Assembly (NCBI GenBank): GCA_028285685.1
Contig: JANQOR010000014.1
Coordinates: 48,287 to 112,286, forward strand
Source of the DNA: Cyclobacteriaceae bacterium
Lineage (GTDB): Bacteria > Bacteroidota > Bacteroidia > Cytophagales > Cyclobacteriaceae
Reading direction: 5' to 3'
Length of the DNA: 64,000 bases
Below the pieces are notes generated by a model. That model did not search any database. It had not been told where the DNA came from and saw only the letters and a program-made list of their open reading frames with translations. The first letter of the stretch is position 1. Every line of letters begins with the position of its first letter. Positions 46,289 through 54,831 of the stretch are shown here, one piece after another. The position numbers and the translations under genes were made by a program.

Positions 46289-48367
46289 ATGCCGGTAGAG
46301 AATCTAAGCGATAAGATATCCTTTGTCAAGGGAGACGAGAAGTACAGAAGTATCATTGACAATATGAATCTGGGCTTGTTAGAAGTTGATTTAGAGGGAG
46401 TTATTCAACATGCCAACGCTTCGTTTTGCAAGATGGTTGGGTACGATTCTAAAGAACTGCTGGGCAATTACGCCAATGAACTTTTTGTGTCTCGAGGTAG
46501 CCTCAGTGAGAAGTTGATAGAAGAGCATTCGTCGAAAAGGCTGAAGGGTCAACACAGTGTGTATGAGGTGCAGATCACAAGAAAGAACGGGCTTAGGATA
46601 TGGGTTATGATCGGTGGGGGGCCACTTTATGATCAAGATGGATCTGTGGTGGGAACAATTGGTATTCACCTCAATGTCACCGACAAGAAACAGAATGAAG
46701 AAGGACTTAAACGACTTGTCCGACAACTGGCTCAAAAAAACCAGGAATCAGAGCGTCAGCAAAAATTTCTCAAAGCTATCAATGACTTTTCCAATTTAAT
46801 TGCTGACAGACAGAGTATAACCGAGATCGCAGAAATCATGACAAGCAGTGTGATTGAGAAATTTGGGTTTGAGGACTGCATTATCTACGTACTGGATGAG
46901 GAAGAAACGCTTAAACAGGCTTCGGCATTCGGACCTAAGAAAGACGAGTGGGGGGGTGTTAGAAACCCAATCCGCATTCCATTGGGTCAGGGCATTGTAG
47001 GTACCGTTGGCAAAACCGGAAAAGCCGAAATTATCAAGGATACCTCCAAAGACTCACGGTACATTTTGGATGATACACACCGACTTTCGGAAATATCCGT
47101 TCCCATCATCTATGATGGTCACGTGTTGGGAGTCATTGACTCCGAGCATTCTCAAAAAGATTTCTTCAAACAGGAACACCTCGATACACTAACAACCCTT
47201 GCTAGTCTGGCATCTTCTCGCTTAAAATCCGCGATTTCATGGGAAAAGGCAGAGCGGGTCAGGTCGGAATTACAAGAAAGTGAATCAAAGTTCAGGAACA
47301 TCATTGACTCAGCACTTGATGCGGTTGTAATAATAGATGGCAAAGGAATTGTGACGGAGTGGAACCACCAGGCTGAGGAGACATTTGGATATAAGAGCAA
47401 GGAAACCATTGGCAAGAAATTGTCAGGATTAATCATTCCGAATCAGTACAAAGCTGCTCACGAAAAGGGCATGAAGAAATTCCATCAGACCGGGGAAGGA
47501 CCTGTCCTCAATCAACGGATTGAAATCACGGCTGTAGGCAAGAATCGGGCTGAGTTCCCAATTGAACTCAGTATTTCGCCCATCAAGGTTGATAATCAGC
47601 ATTTTTTCAGTGCTTTTCTGAGAGACATATCCGAGCAGAAGGCCAATCAGGAGAAAATTGAAAAGTCGCTCGAGCGAGAACGAGAGCTGAGCGAGTTGAA
47701 ATCGAAGTTTGTTTCCATGGCCTCACACGAGTTCAGAACACCGCTCACCACAATCAAAGTGAATGTCGATCTGCTGAATCACCGACTTGCCGATGCAAAA
47801 GATGCAGAACCAATGATGAAAAACCTGGAGCGAATTGATAATGAAGTGGAGAGGCTTAAGAGTTTAATGAACGATGTACTTACAATTGGAAAAATCCAGG
47901 CCGGAAAGGTTGACATTAATCTACAAAAAACCAACCTCGTCTACCTCGTAGAAAAGATAGTGGAAGCCTCGACATCCGCTCAATCGGATGGGCGAAAAGT
48001 CGCTTTCACCGTATATGGGATGGAAAAAGATGTCGAAATAGATCCTAACGTATTCGAACACATCATTAGCAACCTTGTGTCCAACGCTTTCAAATATTCA
48101 GAAGGCAAGGATGAGCCGGAGTTAACCATATCCTTCAAAAAAGGGAGGGTAGAGTTGATGGTACGAGATCATGGAATTGGGATTCCGAAAGAGGATTTAG
48201 AAAATATTTCAGATACCTTCTTCAGAGCTTCCAATGTTGGCAACATTCAAGGGTCAGGGATCGGTTTAGCCATCGTGAACCAGTTTGTCAAACTTCATAA
48301 TGGAACCTTCGATCTGAAGAGTGAGGAAAACAAAGGAACGACGGTAACTGTTTCCATTCCGTTATGA
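46289..48367 (+). CDS. PAS-GAF-PAS sensor histidine kinase (cytoplasmic)
   Basis: Two PAS modules and a GAF module (GIVG.V...G...I..D...D.RY....). The H-box is MASHEFRTPLT. The N-box is LVSNAFKYS, with G-boxes DHGIGIP and GSGIGLA. No TM segment. Confidence 0.88.
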   Translation: MPVENLSDKISFVKGDEKYRSIIDNMNLGLLEVDLEGVIQHANASFCKMVGYDSKELLGNYANELFVSRGSLSEKLIEEHSSKRLKGQHSVYEVQITRKNGLRIWVMIGGGPLYDQDGSVVGTIGIHLNVTDKKQNEEGLKRLVRQLAQKNQESERQQKFLKAINDFSNLIADRQSITEIAEIMTSSVIEKFGFEDCIIYVLDEEETLKQASAFGPKKDEWGGVRNPIRIPLGQGIVGTVGKTGKAEIIKDTSKDSRYILDDTHRLSEISVPIIYDGHVLGVIDSEHSQKDFFKQEHLDTLTTLASLASSRLKSAISWEKAERVRSELQESESKFRNIIDSALDAVVIIDGKGIVTEWNHQAEETFGYKSKETIGKKLSGLIIPNQYKAAHEKGMKKFHQTGEGPVLNQRIEITAVGKNRAEFPIELSISPIKVDNQHFFSAFLRDISEQKANQEKIEKSLERERELSELKSKFVSMASHEFRTPLTTIKVNVDLLNHRLADAKDAEPMMKNLERIDNEVERLKSLMNDVLTIGKIQAGKVDINLQKTNLVYLVEKIVEASTSAQSDGRKVAFTVYGMEKDVEIDPNVFEHIISNLVSNAFKYSEGKDEPELTISFKKGRVELMVRDHGIGIPKEDLENISDTFFRASNVGNIQGSGIGLAIVNQFVKLHNGTFDLKSEENKGTTVTVSIPL

Positions 48368-48396
48368 TTCAGTTTTAATAAATTTATGAGCTTAGT

Positions 48397-49119
48397 ATGA
48401 ATGCACTAAAAATATTAATTGTAGAAGATGAGCAGCCCATCGCTGAAAGCCTCCAGGAAATTCTCGAAATCCTCAAACATTCAGTGGTAGGAATTGCATC
48501 GAGCCACGATGAAGCCCTCCATCAGCTAAATACCAATGAAATTGACCTGGTGCTTTTGGACATTCAGCTCAAGGGCGATAAATCAGGAATTGATGTGGCA
48601 GAGACCATCAATGCAAAGTTTAACGTACCCTATATTTTCACTACCGCTTTTGCCGACGAATCCACCGTAAAGCAAGCTAGCGAGCTAGGCCCATATGGTT
48701 ATGTGGTTAAACCTTATGGGATGAAAGACATCGGTCCAGCCATCGAGGTAGCCTTTCAGAATTTTCAAAAAGCACGAGAAATCAAATCAGAGCAAGGACA
48801 GTTTCTCTCCAATCACCTGTATATAAAGGCCAACTCCAAACTCATTCGACTGAACGATGACGAGGTGCTCTACATTGAAGCTAAGGGAGACTATGCCCTA
48901 TTTAAGACACCGGAGAAAGGCTATGTTGTGCACTCGACAATAAAGAACGTTGCTGAAAAAATGGATCCTCAAAAGTTCCTGAAGGTTCATCGCTCGTACA
49001 TAGTCAACCTTGACAAAATCAAGGACATTGAAGATTCAAGCATTCTAATTGAGGACAAAGTCATTCCTGTCAGTAGACAAAACAAGCCGGACTTGATGAA
49101 AAGGATCGATTTGATCTAA
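48397..49119 (+). CDS. LytR/AlgR family response regulator (REC + LytTR DNA-binding domain)
   Basis: The REC domain has ILIVEDE and DLVLLDIQL. The LytTR domain reads I....I.YIEAKGDY....T......V..T.K.......F..VHRSYIVNL. Confidence 0.9.
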   Translation: MNALKILIVEDEQPIAESLQEILEILKHSVVGIASSHDEALHQLNTNEIDLVLLDIQLKGDKSGIDVAETINAKFNVPYIFTTAFADESTVKQASELGPYGYVVKPYGMKDIGPAIEVAFQNFQKAREIKSEQGQFLSNHLYIKANSKLIRLNDDEVLYIEAKGDYALFKTPEKGYVVHSTIKNVAEKMDPQKFLKVHRSYIVNLDKIKDIEDSSILIEDKVIPVSRQNKPDLMKRIDLI

Positions 49120-49205
49120 CCGTTACTTCCTTCCAGTCAACCTGGTTTTCATACCAACAATCGAAGAAAATCATCTAAGGCTCCCGAGCACGACAATTTT
49201 GAATC

Positions 49206-50882
49206 GTGCTAAACTACAATACTAAACTGATTTTACTTCTTTGCCTCATTGCATCCATTGATGGAGTGAGAGCGCAAAAGCATGTGACTGAGCTATCGGA
49301 CTTATACCGACAAGCAAAAAGTCAGCTGGACTCATTATGTCATCCAAAACTCAAAACCCATGATGAAATTCAAAAACTTTTTACTCCTGATTCTTTTCGC
49401 TTTGCTGATCATCGTTCGGAAATCCTACTTGAAGAACTCAAAGTAGACCAGAACGATTACGGACTAAATTTCTTGTCGAGCTACACACGAAATTTTGGAG
49501 ACGGCTTCAATAACGAGACAGAAAACTTCACCAGAGACCGGTTTGCGCTGGAAGTGCAATGGAATCTGCTAAGCGAAGGTTATCGTCACAACAAGATAAA
49601 AAATGAGGTCGCAGCCAACGAGCTAGCTATCAATGAATTGGAAAGGAGGCAGTACCTAAAGCAACGCGAGTATGGACTGCAATACAATGCTATTATTTAC
49701 CTGTTCAATCAAGCGAAGCTTTCCTTTCTACAATCCAGATTGGATCAATTGGAAAATCAAGAGCACATTTTTAATGACTTGTACCTGAACCACTTACTAC
49801 CCTATACACATGTACTAGCCGTGCGGAAAAAAGTCTCTAAATACCGGCTGTTTATCAAAGACTGTGAAGCCTTTAATATAAGCTTTGAAACAGCCACTAG
49901 TTGGAAGCCTATGGGAGATGCCACACAATTCCCTGTGTATGGGGTCGCAATAGCGCAATTACTGGAATCAGGAGATCTCGACCACGAAAGTCAGAAACTA
50001 CTGGAATATCAGAACCAAAATGTCTACCTGCGTGATCAGCTACAAAAGGATATACGATTAAGAGTATTCGCACGCAGGACATATACAGCGGGAGCGTTGG
50101 ACGGATTTAACCGTAACTTCAACTCGCTGGGAGTAGCTGTGAATGTACCGCTACGCAACTTCCGCAACTCACGGGAAAAGTTACTTGACCTACAAGTTCA
50201 GCAGAATGTCAAAGAGCACGACTATGAAACCTACCACCAAAAGAAGGAGCTGCTGAATCACTACTACGAGTACGAATACAAGCTGCATCAATATCAGCAG
50301 ATGGCTTTTGATGCCCGCAAACTCGACGAGATCATCCGTAAAGATCAGCTAAAAGGTAAGGATTTGAGTTTCCATGTCAGCAAAGTCAACTCGCTGGAGC
50401 TGCTGAATGAACGTGCGGATATCGAACTGGAATTGATCACTCTCAAACAACAGCTGTATTTGAAATTGCTCAAAATTCACTCGCTTGCCGGAGTCGATGA
50501 CATGTCTGTCTACCTGATACCTGATGAGGAGATCCAGGAAAAGAAATTAATTGGTGAGCGGATTGCTGTAGTCAGATCGGCTGACATTGAAAGGTACAGT
50601 TTCGATCTTATCACAGCCTATTTGAAGAATAGTGAAATCAACAAAATCAAAGTCGACTCGCTTTCTGAGATTACGACCCTTAAAATCAAAGGTCAGGGAA
50701 TAGAGATTATCAATTCCCATGGTAAAGCGCTACCAGTGCACCCAAGTAGCTTCTCCAGTAAGTCGGAGATGGAGCAATTCATCCGTCACCAGCTTTCCAA
50801 AGAAACAAGGCCAATCCTGATTTTAGACTTATCTGCACTCATTGAGCTGGAGTTGAAAACCATTAAAAATCAACAACAATGA
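49206..50882 (+). CDS. TolC/OMF-like outer-membrane channel protein with ~125-aa C-terminal extension of unknown fold
   Basis: Signal peptide (LLLCLIASIDGVRAQ). A two-fold internal repeat pairs short beta segments with long heptad helices (FALEVQWNLLSEGY...NELAINELERRQ... and LGVAVNVPLRNF...LLDLQVQQN...). The track start is GTG. The assignment was made by pattern only. Confidence 0.55.
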   Translation: MLNYNTKLILLLCLIASIDGVRAQKHVTELSDLYRQAKSQLDSLCHPKLKTHDEIQKLFTPDSFRFADHRSEILLEELKVDQNDYGLNFLSSYTRNFGDGFNNETENFTRDRFALEVQWNLLSEGYRHNKIKNEVAANELAINELERRQYLKQREYGLQYNAIIYLFNQAKLSFLQSRLDQLENQEHIFNDLYLNHLLPYTHVLAVRKKVSKYRLFIKDCEAFNISFETATSWKPMGDATQFPVYGVAIAQLLESGDLDHESQKLLEYQNQNVYLRDQLQKDIRLRVFARRTYTAGALDGFNRNFNSLGVAVNVPLRNFRNSREKLLDLQVQQNVKEHDYETYHQKKELLNHYYEYEYKLHQYQQMAFDARKLDEIIRKDQLKGKDLSFHVSKVNSLELLNERADIELELITLKQQLYLKLLKIHSLAGVDDMSVYLIPDEEIQEKKLIGERIAVVRSADIERYSFDLITAYLKNSEINKIKVDSLSEITTLKIKGQGIEIINSHGKALPVHPSSFSSKSEMEQFIRHQLSKETRPILILDLSALIELELKTIKNQQQ

Positions 50883-52015
50883 AAAAGTTTGATTACAAAA
50901 AGAAGCCCTCCATCATTCGAACATTGAAGGAGCCGCCTAAGAAGAAAAAGAAAATTAACTGGGACCGTGTCCTGTTTCTTGCAGCAATTTTCATTGGCCT
51001 CTTTTTTCTCTTGCGTCATACGTACAAGAGCGTTGCACTTGTGGAGGCCGACGGTCAAGTGATGTTAGAAAGTATCAAGGTAAACTTCATCAATGACATC
51101 CGTCTCAGAAATCTGAAGGTGACGGAAGGCGACACTGTTCAGGCACTGGATACGCTGTTCTCATACTGGAATGAACTCCATGATGATGACGGATCGAAGA
51201 GTGTCCAGATAAATAATACTAACGAGTGGGTAAGAAAGGAAAAATTGAACCTTCTTCGGAAGATTAGTCAGAAAAATGTTGAGCTGCGAGAAGCCACACG
51301 ATTGCTTGAAGAGTATGGCGCACAAAAAGAGAAGCTCGTTCAGTTCGTAATGCTGGATGCAGCCGAAAATTCGAGCCTTCAAGCAGTAACCAATCAACTC
51401 CTTAGTCTGGAAAGCCGACAGGAGATTCTTCGAAACGAAGTCTTCTACTTGAGGCGACACTACAATCAATTGAGATCTGAAGAAGCTACATTGGTGGATT
51501 TGACCTCCGGTGGCTATAGCAGCGCGTTAACAAGCAATCTGTATATCTCTCCTTTTAGAGGTATCATCGGTGAAATTCAGATCCAACCAAACGAAGTGTG
51601 CTATGAGGGAGAATACGTTTTTACCATCCATAGTCCCGAAAAAATCGCCATCCACGCTTACTTCAGTCAAAAAAACATTGATCGAATCTTCCTCAATGAA
51701 ATTGTAAAAGTCTCTTTTCCCGACGGATCGGAAGGAAGAGGATACATCAAAAAATATCACATTTCTACGAAGGAGCTTCCTCCTGAATTTCAAAAGAAAT
51801 ATGAGCCAACGGAACGAACAATCTTAACAGAAATTTTTCCGATAGACGAAGAAACAGCGACTCTCTGGAAGAAATTTTACAAAATGGACGTTCGGGTTTC
51901 TCTACCAAGGTTTCGGTCTGAGATCTACATGCCAGACAGGGAGTCTGACGAGCAGATTTCCAATTCCAATAATCCCATAAAATCTTCCATTCAACCGAAT
52001 AAGAAAGTCAACTAA
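50879..52015 (+). CDS. HlyD-family membrane-fusion (periplasmic adaptor) protein
   Basis: Basic cytoplasmic N-terminus and a single TM helix (VLFLAAIFIGLFFLL). A lipoyl-like hairpin (LRNLKVTEGDTVQALDTLF), a long coiled coil and a second lipoyl half plus barrel (SPFRGIIGEIQIQPNEV..EGEYVFTI) follow. ATGA overlaps the upstream stop. Confidence 0.7.
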   Translation: MKKFDYKKKPSIIRTLKEPPKKKKKINWDRVLFLAAIFIGLFFLLRHTYKSVALVEADGQVMLESIKVNFINDIRLRNLKVTEGDTVQALDTLFSYWNELHDDDGSKSVQINNTNEWVRKEKLNLLRKISQKNVELREATRLLEEYGAQKEKLVQFVMLDAAENSSLQAVTNQLLSLESRQEILRNEVFYLRRHYNQLRSEEATLVDLTSGGYSSALTSNLYISPFRGIIGEIQIQPNEVCYEGEYVFTIHSPEKIAIHAYFSQKNIDRIFLNEIVKVSFPDGSEGRGYIKKYHISTKELPPEFQKKYEPTERTILTEIFPIDEETATLWKKFYKMDVRVSLPRFRSEIYMPDRESDEQISNSNNPIKSSIQPNKKVN

Positions 52016-52071
52016 CGAACTGAACGAAAAAGGGGGAATCCAGAAAATAGCTTTGAAGAAAATAAAAAACT

Positions 52072-53424
52072 ATGCAAGTACTATTAAACAATACGAATGA
52101 ATCAATGCAGACTCCCGTGGTAGGAGAATGGGGAATCTATGAGGAGCTACTCCTCAATAACAAAGAGATTGCTGTTGTCGGATTAGGCTATGTGGGCCTC
52201 CCCATTGCCCTGGAATTTGCCAAAGACTTTTCCGTTGTAGGGTTCGACATCAACGAAGGGAGAGTTCAAATGATGCAAGATGGTCAGGACCCATCGAATG
52301 AGCTGGAAGAAGGTGAGTTCGAAGGTCGAAACATCACCTTCTCAGCAGATTCTTCTGAAATGGCGCACGCAAAATTTTACGTGGTTGCTGTTCCAACACC
52401 AATCGATGCAAACAATGAACCCGATTTGAGACCTCTGATAGGGGCTACCCGAACTGTAGGTAAGGTGCTAAAAGCAGGCGATTATGTGGTGTTTGAATCA
52501 ACGGTTTACCCAGGCTGCACAGAAGAAGTATGCATTCCCCGTTTGGAGGAAGAGTCTGGCCTGAAGTTTAACAAAGATTTTAAAGTAGGATATTCCCCGG
52601 AGCGAATCAATCCCGGAGACAAAGTGAACACCTTAACGAAGATCACCAAGGTGGTTTCGGGCAGCGATCAGGAGTCCTTGGAGCAAATTTCGAAAGTCTA
52701 CGGACATATAATCGAAGCAGGCGTGCATAAGGCGTCCTCCATAAAAGTTGCCGAAGCCTCCAAGGTGATTGAAAACACTCAACGCGATGTAAACATTGCA
52801 TTGATCAACGAACTATCTGTTATTTTCAGCAAGCTCGGTATCGACACTTACGAAGTACTTGAATCAGCTGGAACCAAGTGGAATTTTCTGAAGTTTCAGC
52901 CCGGCCTGGTCGGCGGTCACTGCATTGGTGTGGATCCCTACTATCTGATTCACAAGGCAAAGGCTGAAGGGGTGAACCCTGCTGTTATTGCAAGTTCAAG
53001 AGCACGCAATGACGAGATGGCCAGCCACCTTGCCCTTTCACTAATGGAAGAGTTGAAGCAAAAAGGTAAAAAGACGCAAGGCGCTAAGGTCTTAGTGCAA
53101 GGAATCACCTTCAAAGAAGATGTTTCGGATATCCGAAATTCAAAAGTTGTTGATCTGATTTGTGAACTGAAAGCGGGTGGATTGCATGTGGACGTGACCG
53201 ATCCTTATGCTGACAAACATGAGGTCGAGGAAGAGTACGGGATTCTCCTAAAACAAACTCCTGATAATGATTATGACGCAATAGTTGTTGCTGTCGACCA
53301 CAAACAATACAGCTTCCTTGACTCCTCGTACTACCATGCCATCTGCAATGCAGATCCGGTCATTATGGACCTGAAGAAGACAGTCGAAGGCAAAGTCAAT
53401 GGATTTCAGTACATGAGTATGTAA
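52072..53424 (+). CDS. nucleotide-sugar 6-dehydrogenase, TviB/WbpO-like (UDP-N-acetyl-hexosamine dehydrogenase)
   Basis: VVGLGYVGLPIALEFA Rossmann fold, VPTPID, ESTVYPG.TEE, GYSPERINPGD, KV.EN..RD.NIAL.NEL, the catalytic GGHCIGVDPYY, and GITFKE...D.RNS. Confidence 0.85.
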   Translation: MQVLLNNTNESMQTPVVGEWGIYEELLLNNKEIAVVGLGYVGLPIALEFAKDFSVVGFDINEGRVQMMQDGQDPSNELEEGEFEGRNITFSADSSEMAHAKFYVVAVPTPIDANNEPDLRPLIGATRTVGKVLKAGDYVVFESTVYPGCTEEVCIPRLEEESGLKFNKDFKVGYSPERINPGDKVNTLTKITKVVSGSDQESLEQISKVYGHIIEAGVHKASSIKVAEASKVIENTQRDVNIALINELSVIFSKLGIDTYEVLESAGTKWNFLKFQPGLVGGHCIGVDPYYLIHKAKAEGVNPAVIASSRARNDEMASHLALSLMEELKQKGKKTQGAKVLVQGITFKEDVSDIRNSKVVDLICELKAGGLHVDVTDPYADKHEVEEEYGILLKQTPDNDYDAIVVAVDHKQYSFLDSSYYHAICNADPVIMDLKKTVEGKVNGFQYMSM

Positions 53425-53463
53425 TCTGAAATCCGAAATAATAAACTACTACACTGAACAAAA

Positions 53464-54831
53464 ATGCTGCAAGTATTACATCAAACCGAAGGTAGGCGAT
53501 ACATTGAGAGTCAGGGACTAAGGTTCCTGTTCCTCTCTGGTGTCGCCGACTATGAAGCAGCATCTGTCAAAGATTCCGATGCGATTATCATAGGAGAAAT
53601 GGACAGAATGGAAATTTCTCAACTCCTGAACGTTATAAGAAGGGAACGTGACAAGTCAGTTTATCTCAAGCCTATCTTTAGCGTGCATCAGAACAAGCTA
53701 CAAAATCAGGAAGGCTTTGATGGCTTCACAGATCTCACGTCCAACGAATCGATCGCTCAGGTAACACAAAAGATACTCGCGAGGATAGAAAAAGTGAATA
53801 CAAGTATTGTCCCGCACGACTATGAAAGGCAGGTACTGTTCAAGCAGATGGCTTTTTTGTACACTAGAGATCTCCTACTAGATCCTGTGTCCTCAAGGTT
53901 TTCCAAAATCGGATACACATTTCCCTTCATGGATAGCCTGCTTTCTGGTGGATCGTCGCTGGAACTATTGAAAATTCTCAACACCGGTGTTGAAAAAGGG
54001 TTATTAACTGCTCGTCTGAGGGACAGAATTCATACCTGTAACAACTGTCATGGTAACTATATCAACTTCCGAGAAGTGTGCCCAAAGTGTAGCAGCGTAA
54101 ATATTGAGTCAAAGGATCTGGTTCATCACTTCAAGTGTGCTCACGTTGATGTGATCGACTCATTCAAGGATGGTGACGAGCTGATCTGTCCAAAGTGTGA
54201 CAACAAGTTGCGTCACATCGGTATTGACTATGACAAGCCATCCACCATGCATGAGTGTCATGATTGTCACCATCAGTTTCAGGAGTCTGGCATGGTTGCT
54301 TTTTGCATTGATTGCGGAAAAGAGGAAGACACAGCCAACCTGCTTGAAAATGAAATACGATCTCACGCCCTGACCGAGAGAGGCGAGCATTTGGTTCTCA
54401 ACGGGTGGGAGGAAAAAGTGCAAGAGGGTGGGCAGGAAGCGAAGCACTTGTCTCCTGACTTGTTCAAGATGATGCTGAACCTTGAAATACAACGTGCAAC
54501 AACAGAGACTCGAAGTGTTTTCGGAAGATTTGAAATCAGCGAAATAATTGTGTCAGTCCTTGGCGAAGATGGACGTGAGCAATTTCAGAAGGAAATTCTA
54601 GGAATTATCGGCAGTTATATCGATCGTACAGACCTTGTCTCGACTAAAAGTGCCGACGAATATCTTCTCTTGTTTCATGACAAAACACTTGAAGAAGCTC
54701 GCGAAAAATGTGAGTTGATCGAACACAATCTGACGAAGCTCATTGCCGATAACATCAATGCAGAGCAAGATCTTATTACTGGCACGGTTCAACCCGTCGT
54801 ATCAGACCTGCGTCCCCAGGATTTGATGTAA
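53464..54831 (+). CDS. multidomain regulator-like protein: receiver-like N-domain + Cys-rich Zn-ribbon module (TackOD1-like) + degenerate GGDEF-like C-domain
   Basis: Residues 192-284 carry five CxxC pairs (CNNC, CPKC, CPKC, CHDC, CIDC) with HHFKC between them. The C-terminal ~100 aa follow the GGDEF-fold pattern, with SADEY (aa 396-400) in place of GGDEF, followed by LLLF. Domain calls were made by eye. Confidence 0.6.
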   Translation: MLQVLHQTEGRRYIESQGLRFLFLSGVADYEAASVKDSDAIIIGEMDRMEISQLLNVIRRERDKSVYLKPIFSVHQNKLQNQEGFDGFTDLTSNESIAQVTQKILARIEKVNTSIVPHDYERQVLFKQMAFLYTRDLLLDPVSSRFSKIGYTFPFMDSLLSGGSSLELLKILNTGVEKGLLTARLRDRIHTCNNCHGNYINFREVCPKCSSVNIESKDLVHHFKCAHVDVIDSFKDGDELICPKCDNKLRHIGIDYDKPSTMHECHDCHHQFQESGMVAFCIDCGKEEDTANLLENEIRSHALTERGEHLVLNGWEEKVQEGGQEAKHLSPDLFKMMLNLEIQRATTETRSVFGRFEISEIIVSVLGEDGREQFQKEILGIIGSYIDRTDLVSTKSADEYLLLFHDKTLEEAREKCELIEHNLTKLIADNINAEQDLITGTVQPVVSDLRPQDLM

